A stretch of DNA of 60,887 bases, counting the filler. It is 3 parts of 3 records of this genome, joined end to end, with 100 filler letters (N's around TTAATTAATTAA, not from the genome) between each part and the next. Parts side by side here need not be neighbours in the genome. Positions count along the whole stretch, not along the records: positions 54,527 to 60,887 come from SRR20825019_479; 2 more parts are not named here. One strand, written 5' to 3'. The first letter of the stretch is position 1. Each line of letters opens with the position of its first letter. Shown here in pieces: positions 55,796 through 60,887 of this stretch. A model generated the notes under the pieces. It was not told where the DNA came from. It searched no databases and was given only the letters and a program-made list of their open reading frames with translations. Made by a program: the position numbers and the translations under genes.

Positions 55796-57996
55796 ATGGC
55801 TGGAGGAGAGCCCCTTGATGCTGAGAGCGCAGAGCGCAGCAGGCTTATTGCCGCCATTGAGTCGACGCAGCAGCAGATCAAGATCAAGGTTTGCTTTAAG
55901 TTGAGTGAGTGACGGGGACTCTGCGTCTGATCAATCTATTAGGAAAGAGAACGCGCTGCCGTGGGGCGGCGAAAACTAGTGCAGCAGGAACGCATCAGGC
56001 AATACAAGGAAGAGTTGGAGAAGTTGAATCGTGCCGTGGGTTCTGCCAAGCAAACCAAAGAAAACGCTGGTTAGTTATGTAATGGGGACACGCATGGAGC
56101 TGGCCTCACATGTTGCTTGCAGAGGAGAGGAAAATGAATATGCAGCGAAAGGCGGACGAGCTTGAGCAGGAGGTGGAAGAAGCACGAAAGAAGGCGTCGG
56201 CACAGTCGGAGGAGCTAAATACATATAAGGCCCGTTGGGAGATCTGGTCCGAGGACCTGAAGGATGCAGGGACGGATGGGAAGGTTATCGAGACCCGGGT
56301 AGATGATGCCTATCTCAATCAGCTAAGGGAAGATGTGACGTCGTCACATGAGAAGCTGAATGAATTACAGCACGAGTCCGAGTCACTGCGCCAAAAGAAG
56401 CATTCATATAAGGCGAAGGTGTCCAGTCTCCAAGAGGACATTAAAGCGAAGAAGGAAACCGTCCGTAAGAATGCGCAGGAGCTGCTGCACTTGACCGAGG
56501 AAGTAGAGTCACTGAAAGTCAACGACGAGTTCCTATCGAAGCAAGTGAAGGAGAAGGATCAGGAGCTGTTCTCCCTCCTCGAGCAGATAAAGAAGATCAA
56601 CACTGAGGCTAATGACCTCGGTGACACCATACTGAGCAGGAAGGTTGATCTTGACAAAGCCCGTGAAGAAGGCCAGAAGTTGAGGGAATCGGAGCTCAAG
56701 GCGGCAGCCGGAAAGCTGGACTCGCTTTCTGTGCAGGATGCCGCTGCCCAGCTCAAGGTGGAGGAGGAGAGGGAGGATACGCTGCGCATGAAGATTGAGG
56801 GGCTCAAGGCCGAGATCACCGCAAAAGACAACAGAACATTAGAGGTACGACCAAGATGGCGCAATTGTGCCGAGTAAGGTTTTGGTCTGACATCCATGTC
56901 TACAGGAGAATAAGAAGGAAGGGGAGCTCCAGAGAGACGTGGCCCGCAGCCTGGACGAGCTGGAAGAGGCAAAGGCGTTGTTGGAAAAAATGAAGGCCGA
57001 GCGGGACAGTGTTGCGAAAGAGGTTGTTGGACTGAGGGAGAAGACATCCAATATGGAAGCAGACCTGTCGGTGTTAGAAGACAAGGTGAAGCGCGAGAGT
57101 GGGGTAGGCTCTGCTGATGATGCAACTCTGGGTGAGACCTTTGGTAGTGCCTATGGTTGTGGCACTCACCTTTCTCGCAGAAAAAAGGAAGAAAGATATG
57201 GAAGTACTCTTGCTCAGAGAGAGAGATTCCCTAGAGGAGCGGACGAAGCAGAGGGATGTACTAGCAAAAGAACTTGTGGAGAAGCGAAAGCAGCTCGCTG
57301 AGGAGCAGGAACGGCTCAAGCAGACCAAGAAGGAAGTGGCTGGCAAGGTGGAGGCTTTGAGCGGGCTTGGTATGTTGATTGGAACTGTCGCCTGTACCCA
57401 CCTCACAGTACATGCAGAGAGCGAACTATCCAGGTTCCCGGCAGACGGCCAAGAGCACGAGGGTAGGCTGGACTTTGACAAGGAAATGGGCATGGTCAAA
57501 GAGGAGAAGCAGCGGCTGGAGAAGCGTCTTGCCGAGTTGAACAAAGAGCATGAAGAATTGACGGGAAAGGCTGAGGAACTGGAGGGCCAAATGGAAGATA
57601 TCGAGGATGATATTGCAGATGCACAGGAAAAATTGGCGGTAAGAGTGAACCGTTTTTCTGGCGCACTATGCTCACTGTGTCGACAGGCCCGAAAGGAAGA
57701 AGCGAAAGTGTTGCAGGAGGTTAACGAAAAGTTTTCTGCCAAGCTTGAGGCCGCCAGAGCGGAGATGGAGAAGCTCGAGAACGAAATTGATCAGAGTCGG
57801 GGTATGCGACAGGTATATGGTCGAGACGACAGGTTGTCTGACGAGTGCTGATGCAGAGCGGTCTGAGGAGTATGAGAAGCAAATCAAAACATTAGAAGAC
57901 AAGATTGCAACTTCAGGCGCCGAGCTCAAGCCCATCCAGCAGGAGATCCTCCGAGCGAAGGAAGAGCTGCAACAATGGAAGGATAAGCAGAAGTAG
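55796..57996 (+). CDS. Multi-exon coiled-coil protein, function unknown (about 7 introns)
   Basis: ATG at 55796 follows TATAAG at 55750. E/K-rich heptad ORFs are joined by GT-AG introns (e.g. 55889-55942, 56070-56122). Stop TAG at 57994-57996. Confidence 0.78.
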
Positions 57997-58073
57997 CGCC
58001 CCCTTCCCCAGGGAGGCTGCTGAACACCAGTGTCGTAAACAAGAATTGTACTCGTTGAAGATCACCTTTATTC

Positions 58074-59914
58074 CTATCCCCAGATATCTTCGGTTCCCAT
58101 GATGGCCCGTGCCTGCTCACGGCAAGGCATACCGGCACATTCAAAGTCAATGGGTGCCAAGCGATCGATGCAGGACACATCGGGCTTTCCAAATTTGAAG
58201 AAGGATGTCACCATGGACATCCCGCAAGGAGGAGTCGATACATCACCGTCCGTTGTCCGAGACTGCATGATGGTGGCGTGCGGTGCGTTGGGAACCTCCA
58301 CGTATAGGGTGTCGGGGTTCGAGTTAAGGAAGCGGCGGGACAGATGAGCCCACTCCACGGGGGTCTGCGGGTCGAGATCCCCATTTAGGAGCAGTGTAGG
58401 TCCTTGATATGAGCTCATGCCGAACTTGAAGTAGTAGGGGTCGCTATCAACAGAGTACAGAGGGAAGTCATCGTACACCTCCCGGAGGGAAGAGGTGACT
58501 GTCATGTATAGTGCATCCTTTTCAATGCCTGTCAAATCAGTCATGGTTGGCGGCACTGTGCGGGTGGAGTCGAAAAACATCTCGCTGAGACCAACATTGA
58601 ACTGCAAGTACATGCTTCCCCACTTATCCTGGGGTGCCTGAGAGGCTGCTGCCAAGTACTTGGCGATGGACTTGAACACTTTCACATCATTATCATTGCA
58701 ACGCTCCAGCCGCTTGATGAGCGCAGGGCCGAGGAGCCTAGTATCCTGGGAAGTAATCGTGAGTCCCAAGAAGGTAGTGATGGCCTCGCGGTTCAAGCCC
58801 TTGTTGACCAAGTCCTTGCACACCTCCCCAGCATCACCGGACTCGAGGCGGCTAATCGCCTCGTCCAAGACCCTAACAGGGTCCCTTCCTTCAAACATCT
58901 TGGAACAGAACTTGTCCTTGTTGCAACGTCCGCGCAGGAAGTCCTCGGTTCCGACCTTGTTCAAGTTCAGCGAGTAACTAGCAAACCTGCAGGTTGTAGG
59001 TGGGCAAATTCCGTCCAGAGTCACTCTATCTGGATATGCCAATGCATTCTTGCCGCCCTTCTCAGCCATGATGATCTCCAAGAGGCGGTTGGACCAGTAT
59101 GTTCCGTACGAAACGCCGTACAAGAAAAGCTCTGCAGTGGACTCCGGATCCTTCGATGCGCGCAGGCCTCCCGTCTGATGGTTCCCAGTCACAACCCACG
59201 ACCTCACATCCTCCATAAAGGCAATAACATCCCGCGACGACGCAGACGTCGTGTAGAAGTTCGAGCCAGACTTGAGCAGTTTGTCATAGCATTCATAGGA
59301 GCTCATCTCGTCAGAGCACAAGTCTTCCATGCGGCTCGACCGGCCGGTTCCGCGATGATCAGGGATAAATATGTCCACATCGCCACCGAACTCTCCCATC
59401 ATGCGCACAGCTAGGGTCTCCAGGTGCTCACCAGCACCGCCGGGTCCCCCATTAAGCAAAAAAACCTGCCGCGGGGACGGTTTGCTGGACCCCTTGGCGT
59501 AGACGCGTTTGGCAAATGCTGGGGAACAAAGTCAGCACCATGGACAATGCAATAGAGCTACAAGAACTCACATCGAAAGGTGTTGTCCTTGGTCAAGGGC
59601 TTGCTCCAGTCTAGTGGCACTTCCATATAGCCACACTGGGCCGCCAGAGCATCCTCCGAGCCAGCAACCATAGCAGTGGGGAGATTGAAGCCAGGCATTC
59701 TGCTCGGCACGGGGAGAACACTTGTGGCTGTCTCGGCTGTCTCACCCTGGACTGAAAGGCGAAAAAGAGAGGTCGTTGGAGAAATTACTGGGCAGTCGGT
59801 CCATGTTGCCTTGTACTGAACACCGGCGCTGCCAACATCACTACCGGCGGTGACACCATATACTGTTACATACAGCAAGGTTGCCAACAGAGCGGCTGTT
59901 GAAGGGGTTCCCAT
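58074..59914 (-). CDS. Secreted alpha/beta hydrolase, peptidase S33 / TAP-like family, one intron
   Basis: Signal peptide MGTPSTAALLATLLYVTVYG, then CGYMEVPLDW, LNGGPGGAG, DHRGTGRS, nucleophile elbow YGVSYGT, LNGDLDPQTP (Asp) and NAPHA (His). Confidence 0.87.
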
Positions 59915-60887
59915 CACTGTGGCGTGCACTGATCAGTGGTGGAACGTGCGGTACACTTATGGGAAGAGAGTGCGGATAAGATTGGCAGCGGCGGTGGCTG
60001 AAGGGAGTGTTGACTGCAGAGCAGTGGGCCGTCGGCTGTAAAGAACTCAGTGTACAGTGACCGTTCGGGTAGTCTGACAGATCGGACCCTGCCGCCTGAT
60101 GCTGGACCGGCGCCCGGGCCCATGTTGGTCCCGGGTTCGGGGTTTTCAGCCCGTGTGACGGTCCACAGCGACACTGCGACAGTTCGGATACAACCTTAAC
60201 TTGATCCCATCAAGATTGTAGTTGAAACGGGGGCCACAGGGCGCGGCCGGTGCCTCGCTGGGTCATGGCACGCTCGGGCTCCGCGCAGTGGTGGCCCGGG
60301 CCGGCCCCCGCCGGGGGCGCCGCGCCCGCGGCCGCCGGGGGCCCCCCGGGCGGCCAAACTGCGTCCGTGGCTTGGGGCGCCAGGGCCGCCGGCCCGTGCG
60401 AGATTAAAATCTGAACAATGATAAAGCAATTGATGTTAATATAATTAATATAAAGAGTACATGGTGAACTTTCCCGGATTTGAACCGGCGCCGGCGGGCC
60501 CCGGCACGGGCCGTGGCATAGTGTGGCGCCCGGGCGCCCGCGGGCGCCGGCCCCGGGCCGGCGAGGCGCTGGCCGGGGCCCCCAACCCGGGGGCCAGTCC
60601 CCCGGCGGGCCGGGGTGGTCATGACACTGGTTCGAGTGGGCGCCGGACTGGGCCCACCGGTCCCGGCCGGGGCCCCAGGGTCCGGGCGGCACCGCACTGG
60701 CGCCGGCGGCCCTGCCGGATGGCCGCCCCACGCGGGCGCGCGTCGGCGGGGCCGGCCCGACCCTGGCCGCGCACCGGCCGGCCGTCGGCTCTGCCCCCCG
60801 GGCCTCGGGGGCCAGCGGAGCCGCCCTGTGGCCGATCAGGTGGCCCGGTGCTGGCGACCGCGGCCCGCCCCCCCCCCCCCCCCCCCC
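59915..60887. promoter_or_regulatory. GC-rich upstream island of the hydrolase gene, ending in a poly-C tract
   Basis: Same GGCC/CCGG and CAGTG composition as the internal divergent spacers. Confidence 0.55.

Noticed and set aside
1-60887. CRISPR arrays, rRNA genes, complete tRNA genes or autonomous transposons
   Set aside because: I saw no repeat-spacer array, rRNA signature, full cloverleaf, or transposase/reverse transcriptase motifs.

Overview
The window is three separate eukaryotic contigs joined by two artificial 100-bp linkers (N44-TTAATTAATTAA-N44 at 31748-31847 and 54427-54526). Contigs 1 (1-31747) and 3 (54527-60887) look like one unidentified protist with short (about 45-70 nt) GT-AG introns. 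Its genes alternate strands strictly: convergent pairs have short 3' gaps, and the 0.7-1.4 kb divergent spacers are GGCC/CCGG- and CAGTG-rich with TATA-like boxes. Genes there are an EF-hand two-pore K+ channel, WDR55, an unknown secreted protein, cyclin B, a CHORD-like/HEAT protein, two coiled-coil proteins, a degenerate CysRS paralogue, an IQ/WW/EF-hand-repeat protein, ERCC6L/PICH, a C2-domain protein and an S33-like alpha/beta hydrolase. Contig 2 (31848-54426) is a different organism. Its genes are intronless, all on the minus strand, with pyrimidine tract-AG signals upstream, which fits a kinetoplastid (bodonid-like) polycistronic unit. It holds Kish, a calcineurin-B-like protein, a 4387-aa EF-hand/WD40 protein, a long IQ protein, a coiled-coil protein and a ubiquitin-like protein. 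The best leads are (1) an intact CysRS paralogue lacking both the HIGH and KMSKS motifs, (2) a degenerate acyl-CoA dehydrogenase module inside the WDR49-like giant protein, and (3) the strict alternating gene-pair layout with its CAGTG/GGCC promoter islands. All calls are by eye; no database search was run.
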